This document shows, piece by piece, positions 12,401-24,512 of a stretch of 64,000 nucleotides of DNA. Origin of the DNA: Ostrea edulis (lineage: Eukaryota); assembly GCF_947568905.1 (NCBI RefSeq), contig NC_079167.1, positions 83,204,001-83,268,000 of the forward strand, given 5' to 3'. The notes beneath the pieces were generated by a model that worked only from the letters and a program-made list of their open reading frames with translations, searched no databases and was not told the DNA's origin. Position 1 is the stretch's first letter. Each line of letters starts with the position of its first letter. Position numbers and translations under genes: made by a program.

Positions 12401-15400
12401 ATGGCATTATCGCAGTAAACTTCTTCCTGTCATCTTCCCAGACCCCGCCCACCCAGTCAGGGTACAAGAGGACATTCTGCTGCAAGGTCAGGCTCAATCA
12501 AACTGTATCTAACATTTCAATATTAATCACACGTCCCCGACACTGGGGAGCAGGCTGTCAGTCTCTGACACTGGGGAGCAGGCTGTCAGTCTCTGACACT
12601 GGGGAGCAGGCTGTCAGTCTTTGACACTGGGGAGTAGGCTGTCAGTCTCTGACACTGGGGAGCAGGCTGTCAGTCTCTGACACTGGGGAGCAGGCTGTCA
12701 GTCTCTGACACTGGGGAGCAGGCTGTCAGTCTCTGACACTGGGGAGCAGGCTGTCAGTCTTTGACACTGGGGAGCAGGCTGTCAGTCTCTAACACTGGGG
12801 AGCAGGCTGTCAGTCTCTGACACTGGGGAGCAGGCTGTCAGTCCCAGACACTGGGGAGCAGGCTGTCAGTCTCTGATCTGCAGTATATAATGTGTACTAC
12901 TACAAAATATTGTGTCTAGTTACTGTCTCAAACTTTGAAGATACTGTTGAGTAAGAATGATTTACATTTTTGGAATGAATAGTATTATGGAGGTTTAAAA
13001 ACAATGAAAGGAGGTGGTCATTTAACATGTTAATAAGTGAAGTCGCAGAAATTACCCCCATTATTTTCACATCACTGGTGATACAAATAACCTACAAATT
13101 TATTCTTTGTATTCATGATTTAAATAGTTTCTTTGCTTGAATATATAGTTTTTATGCCCCCGAGATTCATCTAGATTTTGGTCTGTCCATCTGTCTGTGT
13201 AAAACCTTCAACCTTGGCCATAACTTTGATTGGTTAGTGATAGGGCTTTCAAGTTTCACATGTGTATTCCTTGTGACCTTTTTTGGTACCAAAATTGGTA
13301 CCTTGTGACCTTCACCTTAGAGTTTGACCTACTTTTGAAAAACTTCAACCTTTGTCATAACTTTTCAATGGTTAGTGATAGGGGTATCTAATGTGTATCC
13401 CTTTTGACAAGACCTTTCTTTTAGTACATAATTTTTGACTTCATGACCTTCACCTTGGAGTTTGACCTACTTTTGATTTTTTGAAGTTTGGCCATAACTT
13501 TTGAATGGTTAGTGATGGGGCTTTCATATTTCACATTTGTATTCCTTGTGACAAGCCCTTTCGCTGTGTACCATAACTACTTTGCTGCCATATGGGGTAT
13601 CAGTGCTTCACAAACACATCTTGTTTTGTTATTGTTTTTATTGAGAAATAAAATACAATAGAACAGCATAGGTACTGATAAAATATTAGTAAATGAAGAT
13701 ATTTATTTATAAATATATGTATCTTGATTTCTAACATTTTTTTCCCTTCATTGCTCTGAAAATTTCCATGTATATTATCTCTGATAGAACACGAGACGGT
13801 GCAGAATGCCATATTTACAGATCCAGATGACCAGAGTGCTTGGTTTTATCACAGATGGCTACTTGGCAGAGGTATTGCTAGTTTCTTTTGAGAACTTATG
13901 GGGGAAAAAAGTGGTGATGATAAAAATGGGGGTTAGTGTAAATGAAGCAAATTATTGATGGTAACTTTGGCACCAAAATTTTGTTAATTAACAAGTGATT
14001 AAGATGATGATGAACTATTGGGGTTTGGTCACTGTTTAATTTTTCTATTTTACAGGAAGGAAAAAATTGCAGATCAGCTGTGTTCACGCCTCTCGTAAAT
14101 CAAACGAGATCATAGTGCAGCTGACCAATTACATTAAGGTAGATTAAACCAAGTCATAGTGCAGTGTAATTCTGATTCCTGCGAAAGGGAACAGTCATTA
14201 TGTTTATGTCAAAGGTGTGGCATGGCCATGGCACAAGTATGTCAAAGGTGTGGCATGGCCATGTCACAAGTATGTCAAAGGTGTGGCATGGCCATGTCAC
14301 AAGTATGTCAAAGGTGTGGCATGGCCATGGCACAAGTATGTCAAAGGTGTGGCATTGCCATGGCACAAGTGGGACTTGAACCCATACCTCCTGGTCACAA
14401 AGAGAACACCTGAACCACAGGGATGGTAGATATAGTGCTCCAGACCAATAACTAGTTCACCTAAGGCAGAATTCTTTTTCTTCTCATAAAGAATTACTGT
14501 TGTTGTAATTGACCACAGATTACTATTCTTTATGGAAGAATACATTTATTCAAATGTTGTTTATCAGTTAAAAATACACATGATTTTGGGTTTTTTTTTC
14601 TTTGCTTTTCTGACGGATTGAATATTTAGAATTAGATTTAAATTTTTGAAATGTTTTTGTACATGTTGATAATTTATGATTTGACTGAGGCAGAACTATT
14701 GATCTATTGGCAGGTGGGTTTTTTACATGTTGATAATTTATGATTTGATTGAGGCAGAACTATTGATCTATTGACAGGTGGGTTCCGGTCACCAGTTATC
14801 AGTCAACATCAACAGCACATCAGTAGCAACAACATGGAGAAACGTAACAGGTTCTACTAATTACAGCGATATCTGGGTAAGGCCAAAGATTTCTTGGAAT
14901 TATCTTCTTCTTTTTTTTATCATATAGTGGTTGTGAAGAAAATTCAGATGGAGTAATACAAGACGTTCATTTTCTAGAATTTGTTTCTTCTGTATTTTAG
15001 AATGATAAGGTTTGTTAATTCATAAAGAAAATTTTGTAGTGTTGTCAGGTCTCCTCGTCTTTTTGTCAGTTGTTGTTGATATTTGTAGATAACAACAGTG
15101 AAGGATGCTCTGCAGACAGATGAGGATTTGTCTATCGGAGTAACGTTACTGACTGAGTCAGACTGCACACAGTTCTCGCAAGGCCTGCAGCTTAATCAGG
15201 GTCAGGAAGAAGCTTGGGCAATGGCTGGCTACAAGGCAGGCACCAGATTTAGCATTGAGCTCAGTGCTGCAGCCAGCACCACTCTGGAGAAAGAACTGGA
15301 GGGAATCCAGGAGCTGCACTCTGTGGAGCCTGAAAACAAATGTAAGGAACAAGGACTCTGAAATCACAATGTAGGGAATCTTCTCTTGAGAAAAGTTTTG

Positions 15401-17307
15401 TTCTTGATATTAAGAATTTAGGCCTAAAAAAGTTAATTACTTGGTTCCCAGCCTGCCTGCATCTATTTAAACAATGCACATAAACCACTTTTATCTTTGA
15501 ATGAATAAAATAAAATTTATTTCATGGTATTCTTGACTGCATTTTAGATACTCCTGTCTGTAAAACGTTTGACTGGGTCTGGGTCATCCTGATGATTTTC
15601 ATTAACAGTGAAAATTTTGCAACTGACTGCCAGGGTTATAAGTCCCAAATATTTGATGGTGTTTATATCTGTACAAATATGTGGTGTTTATAACTGTACA
15701 AATATGAAAAGGAACAAAGTTTATTTTGCCATGGCACATTTTGTGAGGTTTTTCAGATACTTGCTTAAAAGTCCTGAGTTTTGAATTTTAAAAAATTCCC
15801 CCCCCCCCCTTTTTTTTTATTAGATGTCCTCCCTCAACTATTTATGACAAAATTGACCTGAGAACCAAGCAATTAATTTTTTGTTGTTAGTGATATTGAG
15901 ATTATTGGACTTTTAGTTCATGTTTTTGTATATATATGTGTAATGTGTAATGTGGATAAAAAATGTACATTTGAAACTAGATGTTACATAATTCTATTTT
16001 TAAAACATTATAAACAGGGGTTCTTCTGACCTTGTTGTACTTGATGAAGGCCATTGACCCAATGCATGAAAAGTATGAGGATGACATCACAGAGGCTATA
16101 AATAAACTCACTGTTGTAGACTCCAAGAGACGAGCATTTTATCTTGATTTAAGTAAGCTTTCTGCGTTTCAATTTAAGTAAGCTTTCTGTGTTTCAATTT
16201 AAGTAAGCTTTCTGTGTTTCAATTTAAGTAAGCTTTCAGTGTTTCAATTTAAGTAAGCTTTCTGTGTTTTGAGCAATGAAAATTTATTAGCATTTTTGAA
16301 TTTCTGTAATAATTTTTGACTGTATGTAGAAAATGTGTATAAATGTATGTACATGATTTTATGTATGCCAATAGATAATAGATTTTAATGGTTTTATACA
16401 ACCTGATAATTTGCAGTTTTACATTTCATTACAGGCACTTTGATACATAAATTTACATTTCATTACAGGCACTTTGATACATAAATGTACCGATTTTCTT
16501 TCTTCTAACACTGTCACAGAAAGTAAATTTACAATGGAGAAGATTCTGGATGTCCAGGACGTGAACACACGTAACATGACCTTGACTAGCCTCGGTCTGA
16601 CCTCGCTCTGTCACACAGAGTGGATGGTTTTAATCCAGGAACTTGATGTATCCCAGAACTACCTAACCTCACTCAAACCACTGAGTAATCTCCCCTGTTT
16701 AAAGGTGCTCATCGCCAATAACAACTCGATAAACTCTGTGGAAGGTCTGCAGCATTGTAAACACCTCAAAAAATTACATCTACAGAAAAACGGTAGGTCC
16801 AGTAAAGCTATTTTGTATTTAAAATTATCTGAAAAAATGATATTTACCATAAAACATGGTTACAGCTAATACACTTAAAATGAATTTATGCTACCAGTGA
16901 AGTGATTTTCATTCCCTGTCACTTTAAAACATGTGAACTTATTGTACTCAACAAATTGCATATTAATATAATAATTGACATTGTTCATCCCCAGCACTTT
17001 GCTATATGTATGTTTTACTCTATATTCATGAAACTAGGCTTTTCATTTGTGTTGAAATACATGTATCAATTATGAGAAATATTTTTCACTTCCTATTAAT
17101 TACTGAGATTTCCCTACAAGTTTAAATATTGTATTTGTGTCTCAGCAGTTTTCTCCCTTTGTTGCAGCCTTGCAGACAGTACAAGTATTCAACATTCTTT
17201 CTTCCCTCCCTCTTGAGGATGTTAACGTGGCAGGAAATCCTTTGTGCAATACTGAAAATTATACTGAGGCCTTGAGGGCAATCCTGCCATTGATGGCCCC
17301 GAGCTGA
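9413..17307 (+). CDS. RABGGTA: Rab geranylgeranyltransferase type II subunit alpha
   Basis: Exons 9413-9525, 11098-11222, 11415-11602, 12289-12486, 13788-13871, 14056-14138, 14778-14876, 15089-15341, 16018-16152, 16520-16792 and 17168-17307, all GT-AG with consistent phases. HGRLKVK start, PFTA repeats ([42 protein letters not shown]) and C-terminal LRRs. The first listed exon has two 1-bp insertions, and the ATG lies in an upstream exon. Confidence 0.93.
9505..11010. repeat. Minisatellite (~42-bp and ~57-bp units) derived from the RABGGTA exon end plus splice donor; spans the assembly gap
   Basis: Unit acttctgcagcatttaaaaaa|gtaagtgtgttgttaaaacag. Confidence 0.95.
10363..10562. other. Assembly gap (200 N)
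   Basis: Run of N inside the minisatellite. Confidence 1.
11628..11885. repeat. ~29-bp intronic minisatellite, about 9 copies
   Basis: agtcattgtactgtgtgatagtcaatcca units start about 25 bp after a RABGGTA donor. Confidence 0.9.
12120..12295. repeat. ~39-bp tandem repeat containing the splice acceptor and first 7 nt of a RABGGTA exon
   Basis: ttttag|ttcactg aattgttacctatatgtaaatttcta, about 5 copies; the last copy is the real acceptor. Confidence 0.9.
12538..12877. repeat. 28-bp intronic minisatellite, about 12 copies
   Basis: gacactggggagcaggctgtcagtctct units. Confidence 0.95.
13149..13625 (-). mobile_element. Helentron-associated (HINE/Pearl-like) element
   Basis: tttttatgcccc at one end, ggggtatcagtgcttcacaaacacatcttgtt at the other; three ~130-bp core repeats. 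Confidence 0.7.
14205..14370. repeat. 33-bp minisatellite, 5 copies
   Basis: tatgtcaaaggtgtggcatggccatg(g/t)cacaag units. Confidence 0.95.
16148..16270. repeat. 25-bp tandem repeat containing a RABGGTA splice donor, 5 copies
   Basis: tttaa|gtaagctttctgtgtttcaa units; the first copy is the real donor at 16153. Confidence 0.9.
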
Positions 17308-18302
17308 GGGCAGTGCTACTGTTCATGGCCCCGAGATGAGGGCATTTCATCGTGCTTGTTCTGTTTTCCTTGTCAAACACTCGGTGCTCCGTAGGATCAG
17401 GGAAGAAGAGGAACTTACACAACAAAATGTGATATCTAAGATATTTTATCTTTCTTAGTATTTTATGAACAAACATGCAGCTGTACATGCATTTTAAACA
17501 TGTGTATTTACCATGATGTGCAAAGACACTCGAGATAAAATTTGTATATACAATGTCTAGAAATATTGAACATAAACCAAATCAAGAATCATGGTCATAA
17601 ATTTACACCTTCAATTTTGATATGGTTTAACAAATGACTGGCATTTTCCTTTTCTTATTTATATTTAGTCCCCCCCCCCCCCCCCCCCCCCATTTTATTC
17701 CTAGGGTAGCAGACATATTTATTTTGACAGTTTTATCTGTCCGTCTTTAACATATTGCGTCCAGACATCCTTACCTGGAGTGACCTTGAGCAACATCTAG
17801 AGTAACTTTTGTACATGCATGTTCACGACTCTTGTCACAAATGTCAAAGCCATGGAACTGACTTGAAATATGTCTGGGCTATAATAAATATTGCTTCAGT
17901 TTTGTTATTGCCCATGACCTAAAGTTGTACCATGATCGTTGAATTAATTCAATCAGATAACTTTGATATCGTGGCTGATAGGGACTCATGATTTTGAGCC
18001 AATGCCATTTCATCAAGGTCATGGGTTTTCATGTCTACTCTACAACTTAAAAACACCTCTGAAGACAGTGCATGTTGTCAAAGATTACACACAATGGTGA
18101 ATTGACTTTGACTAGGAGGTGGGTGGGGCAATAAAAAAATTGTATGTTTGTGATATTCTTTAACTGCTGCAAGTGTAGTGGTCCACATGTGTACAGTGTG
18201 ATTGTGTGTTAGGCTAGATGGTTAGGAAATGCCAGGATTTGCTGATAGTGCAATATCATACAAATAAATTTAAAATTGCATTGTTTTCTTTTTTATTGAG
18301 TT

Positions 18303-18420
18303 GGATTTCTCGAAAAAATCTCAAACTTAAGTTTGAGTTTTCGTTTATTTGAGCAGTCAAAATTTGAGTAAAATCTTAAGTCCAAGTTTTGACTTGAGTT
18401 TCTTTCGAGAAATCCTGGCC
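18303..18420. mobile_element. Short palindromic MITE remnant
   Basis: ggatttctcgaaaaaatctcaa ... ttgagtttctttcgagaaatcc inverted repeats. Confidence 0.5.
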
Positions 18421-18586
18421 TGGTGTATGGAACCGTGTGCATCAGAGGTTTAAGGGGTTAGGTTTATATTGAAATCACCCAGAAAATTGATTTTCCCCCA
18501 GATTTTGTGGAAATATTGTGCACTTGCAACTTTCGGATTGATTTGTGCAATTTTGATCAAGTCACTATCTGTGCTTTATTTCCAGA

Positions 18587-19679
18587 TTTTTATGCCCCCC
18601 TTCAAAGAAGAGGGGCATATTGGTTTGCACCTGTTGGTATGTTGGTTGGTAGACCTCATGTTGTCCGCACAATATCTTGAGAACCATTCACTTGATCATA
18701 ATATTTCATATTTGGGTTGGGTATGAGTAGAAGGGGACCCCTATTGTTTTTAAGGTCAAGGATCAATCTACTCTGGACATAGGGATATACTGTCCGCTCA
18801 ATATCTTGAGAACCCTTTGCTTGACAGACATCAAACTTGGTACATCTTCAGGAGATGACCCATATTGATTTTTAGGTCACTTAGTCAAAGGTCAAACTAG
18901 ACATAGGAACATACTGTCTGTTCAATATCTGGGGAACCCTTTGCTTTACAGACATCAAACTTGGTAAACTGGTACACCTTCAGGAGAAGATGACTTCTAT
19001 TGATTTTGCGGTCACATGGTCAAACTGGATATAGTAATATTTTGTCTCCTATATTTTAAGAATTATTTGCTTGATTGACACCAAACTTGGTACACTGGTA
19101 CAGCATAAAGTGTAGATAACCCCTATTGACTGAGGTCACATGATCAAAGGTCAAACTGGACAATGGAATATACTGTCCACTCAATATCTTGAGAACCCTT
19201 TGCTTGACAGACATCACACTTCGTACATCATCAGGGGAAGATGACTCTTATTGATTTTGAGGTCACATGGTCAAAGTTCAAACTGGACTTGGGAATATAC
19301 TTGCTCTTAAATATCTTGAGAACTTTTTGCTTGATTGACACCAAACTTAGTACACTGGTACATCTTCAGCAGATGATGACCACTATTGATTTTGAGGTCA
19401 CATGGTCAAAGGTTAAACTGAACATAGTAATATATTGTCTCCTATATTTTAAGAATTATTTGCTTGATTGACACCAAACTTGGTACACTGGTACAAAATA
19501 AGGAGTAGATGACCCCTATTGATTTTTAGGTCACATGGTCAATCCACTCTTGACATAGGAAGATATTGTCTGCTCAACATTTTGAATTGATGATGCTGCT
19601 ACCAATTAAATGATGTGTGTGTATAACCCTTTTCAATTTTGCACCATGGGGGCATATGTGTTTTACAAAATCTCTTGTT
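18587..19679 (-). mobile_element. Helentron-associated (HINE) element with an internal array of about six ~125-bp units
   Basis: Terminal hairpin atgcccccttcaaagaagaggggcat; the other end is gggggcatatgtgttttacaaaatctcttgtt; internal tandem units. Confidence 0.8.
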
Positions 19680-20983
19680 AAAATTGATTTTCCTGTACAT
19701 TCTGTCAGCTTTATCGTATGTTGACAACATAGAAAGATCAAAATTCTTGCTTGACACTGAGGTTGCTATTGACATGGTGGCATGTCCTGAACTCGGCTTA
19801 AGGTCATTTGGACAATGTGAGGGACATCATTGCAAAATGTTTCAGTAATAGACCATGTATTCCAAAATTTGTAAAAATTGTTACAGAAGTTTCTCATGCC
19901 TGGATTTGTCCCAATTTATATCCAAGGTCATTTAGAAAATCTTAAGGTCACTTGGAGAAAAGTTATCATTTTTGTCTAGATCTTGTCTTTTAAGCTGTAT
20001 TCTTGCAATGTTCAACATTAAATGTTCATTCTCAAAGTCTCATTGTGATCTTTAAGTGTGTTACCTTCAAGGTCATGGAATTCGTTTTTTCTTCTCGCAC
20101 GTCTTTTAGTGTGCATGGATTTTTAAAATCCATAATTCATGTTGTCCGTCTAGCCGATGGCTATTTCTGCAAAGCTTTAATTTAAATCAATGAAGATTGC
20201 AAGAGTAGATACCATTTGATTGACTTTTAAGCTCACCTTAGCTATATGATTAAGCTCAAGTGCATTTATGAGCATTTGTTGTCTGGCATTTTTCAAATTT
20301 TTACGTCACTCAAGTAAACTCAGGTGACCTATTGCAATTGTTCAGCATCCATCATGCATCAACAACTGAACATTTTTAACCTGGAGTCGGAACTTCTACC
20401 CCGGAGATCATGAAATTTACAATTTAGGTAGAGGCCTTCCTGCTCTACATCACTATGGATTTTACAATTTAGGTAGAGGCCTTCCTGCTCTACATCACTA
20501 TGGATTTTACAATTTAGGTAGAGGCCTTCCTGCTCTACATCACTGGATTTTATGCCAACTCCTTGCTCCTGTCTTATAACTCATTTAGCAATTTTGGATC
20601 AAATTAAACGTATTTTGGGTTTGTTATATATTTCTTATTTGAATGTTAGATTTTGGAACTCCTACTGAAATCATCCATTTTCAGAGACAGATGACTAGAT
20701 ACTGTACCGGCTTCTTGGCAATTTATGTCCCCTTGTCCCAAAGATGCTTCGATCATTTCAAATTTTTAAAGGTATCGGCAGAGTAGCAGTTATCAAGAAG
20801 TTTAAAAAATGTTATTATGTTACTTAAATGTTATACACGAAGAGTTATATCAGTATTAATTGTGTTATTCAAATCTGCATTTCTCCTTAAAAATGCTCCA
20901 TGAATTAATAAAATTCAAGATCAAAGGAATTGAGTGTTTAATACTGCCTTCGCTTAGTCCAATTAACTCTCAAATATAAAATA

Positions 20984-21153
20984 CAGTAAATCATGCTTAT
21001 AATGAACATGCTTATGATGAATTCATGCTGATTGTAAAATGATACTCATTTCCTTATGTGAGGAAAATAACAAAAATTGTATTGGATGTATTGAGTTTGT
21101 TATAATGAAGTTTTTCGCTGGCCCCTAAGGTTTGCAATAACCATGTTTTACTG
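20984..21153. mobile_element. Tc1/mariner (pogo/Tigger-type) MITE
   Basis: TA|CAGTAAATCATGCTTAT ... ATAACCATGTTTTACTG|TA. Confidence 0.75.
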
Positions 21154-21729
21154 TACTGCCATTTACATTAATGATTTTGGGTCCAGGTAAACTCATAACT
21201 AGAAGTCTTTCTGCCATGAATTTTGTAGACATTTTGCAGAGAGTATGCACCACCTTACAACTTTTTGAGAAGGAAGGGTCTGCCTAAGAAATTAAGGAGG
21301 GGTATCATTATAATGTAGCAACCAAAGGGCGTGGTTGTACTACAGAAACTAGAATTAGACAAACACACCCCGCTGGGTTTTTCTTGAAGAAATGTTGTCT
21401 AATCATTATTATGTGCACATCATCATATGGTCAATAGAGAGTGTACACATTTTTAGGAAAGCCCATGCATTAATCTCTTAGAAAACATCTGGACAAAGTC
21501 ATATCTTAGATAATCTTGCTTGCCCATATCTGTAAATAAATTTACTATATAATTTATTTGCAAATACATTAAAACATATTCAATAATGCATTCCAATCAA
21601 TATATTTTTCAGTATTAAACTTTTATGTACAGATTGTCAATAAATAATTTCTTACTTAATAAAATGACAGATACATACACTCTGTCAATTAAACTTAATA
21701 ATACTTCAGCATAAATAGAAAAGCCACAG

Positions 21730-22110
21730 AGACTGCACACAAAACACAGATACTGTACATACAGAGATGTAGCAACACAGCTAATCCACACAAAACACAG
21801 ATACATACAGAGATGTAGCAACACAGCTAATCCACACAAAACACAGATACATACAGAGATGTAGCAACACAGCTAATGCACACAAAACAGATACATACAA
21901 AAATGTAGCAACACAGATACTGCATACAAAACAGATACATACAGAGATGTAGCAACACAGATACTGCACACAAAACACAGATACATATAGAGATGTAGCA
22001 ACACAGATACTGCATACAAACACAGATACATACAAAAATGTAGCAACACAGAGACTACATACAAAACAGATACATACAGAGATATAGCAACACCGAGACT
22101 GCATTTAAAA
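21730..22110. repeat. ~46-bp minisatellite, about 8 copies
   Basis: cacagatacatacagagatgtagcaacacag units. Confidence 0.9.
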
Positions 22111-24512
22111 AACTCTTGATACATACAGCAATTTACTACATTTCTAGATACACAATCATTTACAGACAAACTAAGTACAAAGTATCACTTCCTTTTTGCA
22201 CAAGTCAAACATTCAAACTGAACATTTACTTTCATCTAGCAATCAATACCTGCTGAAATGAAACATAAAATTCTTTTGACATGTGACTATTATTTTGTTG
22301 GTTAAAGAATGTGTCCACTTCATTCCCTGACTGTCCTGCATTGCTTATAGAACTGGGGTCACTTTCTGCATAAATATCCTTGTTTATTACCAATTCAAAC
22401 AAATTGTTCCCAATCTTAAGCAGAAATATCAAATAAAGTCTTCATACATTTATTAACTATAAAGCCTTTTTTTTCAAGAGAGCTCATTTGTAAAATTCTT
22501 GATTTTTATGGAAAAAAAAGCTGTATTTTGACAAATATTACATAAATTTTGAGCACAGCCACAATCCAAAATAATAAATGATGTCTATGAAACATAAATA
22601 CCAGTTCTACATGTACCTTAACATTGGATTGCTGGCTGTGCTTTTTACAAAATACAGATTTGCCAAAGTTAATGAAATGGTGGTACAGTAATGATATACA
22701 TTGTGTTAAAATTACTTCATACTCATTGATCTTAAATTATGAAGCACTGTGTGTACCTTGTCCATTTAAAACATTTTGAAAGTTTAATTAATTTAAGTTT
22801 TTAAGAAAATTTGTATAAATACATCTTGATTTTTTTCAAGAGGAATTAACAAAGCCCTACCTTAATGTTATAAATCTGGAATATGAGGTTAATTGTGCAC
22901 TAATTCTTTTATTTTCAGTTACTAAACAAATTATGTTTGAATGAAATCACATATCTTGCACCTTTAAAAAAGTGTTTGAATGGTCTGCTTTAAGCAAGTT
23001 TGGTCCTTCAAATCCTGAGACATCACAGATGGTGGCAACATTAACATAAAGCTGAAGGTCTCGGGGGGGAAAGTGAGGGTCCCAGGGGAAACTGGAGGTC
23101 AGTTCGAGGAATGTTTACTATGGAAGGTGGGGGTGAAAATCAAACATATCACAGCAAGGTTAACTCGTCATACCATGGAGTAAATCACCATTTTAAAAAC
23201 AACTTAAAACTTTGCATTTTAAAAAGAGATGATGTTTGTAGAAAATCAATCATTCACGGACAAAAAAAACCCAACAACACCAAAGCTTAACCAAACACCA
23301 CACCTTCACATCAGGCATATTATAGAACATTTTATTTAGACATGATACTGACCCTCATGTATTATTTAGTACTTTTACACTGACCTACACAGAGTTTTGT
23401 TTCAAACTATGCTGAGGAAATGATAACATAGAGTTGCATTATCCAAAACCGTGCAGTCATATTCAACAGTTTACTAGTCTTTGCCATTCCATTAATTCCA
23501 AAAACATTAATTAATTAAAACAAGGTCTTATAATGTAATCATCCATATCAACATGATGCACCAAATCTGCAAAAATTTGAAATCTCGAATATACATAACT
23601 TATTTTTCATACAAACTACAAATGTACAGAAATTTGCGTACTGTACATTTCTGCAAACTCACTTCTGCGGGAAAAGTAATCGGCACATTTGTACATGTAC
23701 CATTAAAATTTCTCCTTTGCAGGAATTTGTGAAAAAAAAATTGTAAAGCTTAGAACTGCACATCTCAGCACAATGTATAAGCATTGTATTACAAAATTAA
23801 ATGTGACCTCACAAAGTATCAAACAAAGATAGCAATCTGACACAGTCAACAACAATCAATACATAGAAAATATCTACACCAAGGTAAGGTATGTAATCAA
23901 TTCTCTCTGAGATATAATGGTAGATTCCGACACTTCCTCTCTCCACAGCACGGAAGTTACAATGGCACAATGAAACAATGTAAATTAACAAGAATAGACT
24001 CCAGAAATTATCTACAGTACATGATTTTGTTAAGAAAAGCCTTTAAAATATCTTATGGTTCATTGTCACAATGCCACACTAAACAATAACTTGGATGTCA
24101 ATCCGACCAATTATGTTGAAAATGGCATCCATGGCTGACTGACAAGCACGGATCTAACTAACGGAATATTACAAGGACACTTTCTAAAATTCACATCTAA
24201 ACCTAATCTAAATACAAGTGTTTCATGTTTATTGACATCTGCTGTGTTAGAAACACAAAACAGTAGGCAGAATTTTCCTTCTGCACATCAATCTGTCAGT
24301 ACACCATTTCTTTTTGTCAGCCAAACAAACGTTACAAAACAAACAATGTTTAAATGATGGTTCTATCCTTGCGCTGTAATCGTCGGTGACAGTTGGGTAT
24401 TTGGGTTTAATGGACTAGATTGTCTGTTCTATGCAAACAGAAGTGGACTATTTATTGATTTTGGTGTAATGCCATGACCTTGAGCTGCCTGTTTCCAAGG
24501 TTACCTGTACTT

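Noticed and set aside
23300-24512. SECIS element in the SELENOI 3' UTR
   Set aside because: I could not identify a convincing AUGA/AA/GA kink-turn hairpin by eye, and the CDS has no UGA to recode. A SECISearch run would be needed to exclude it formally.
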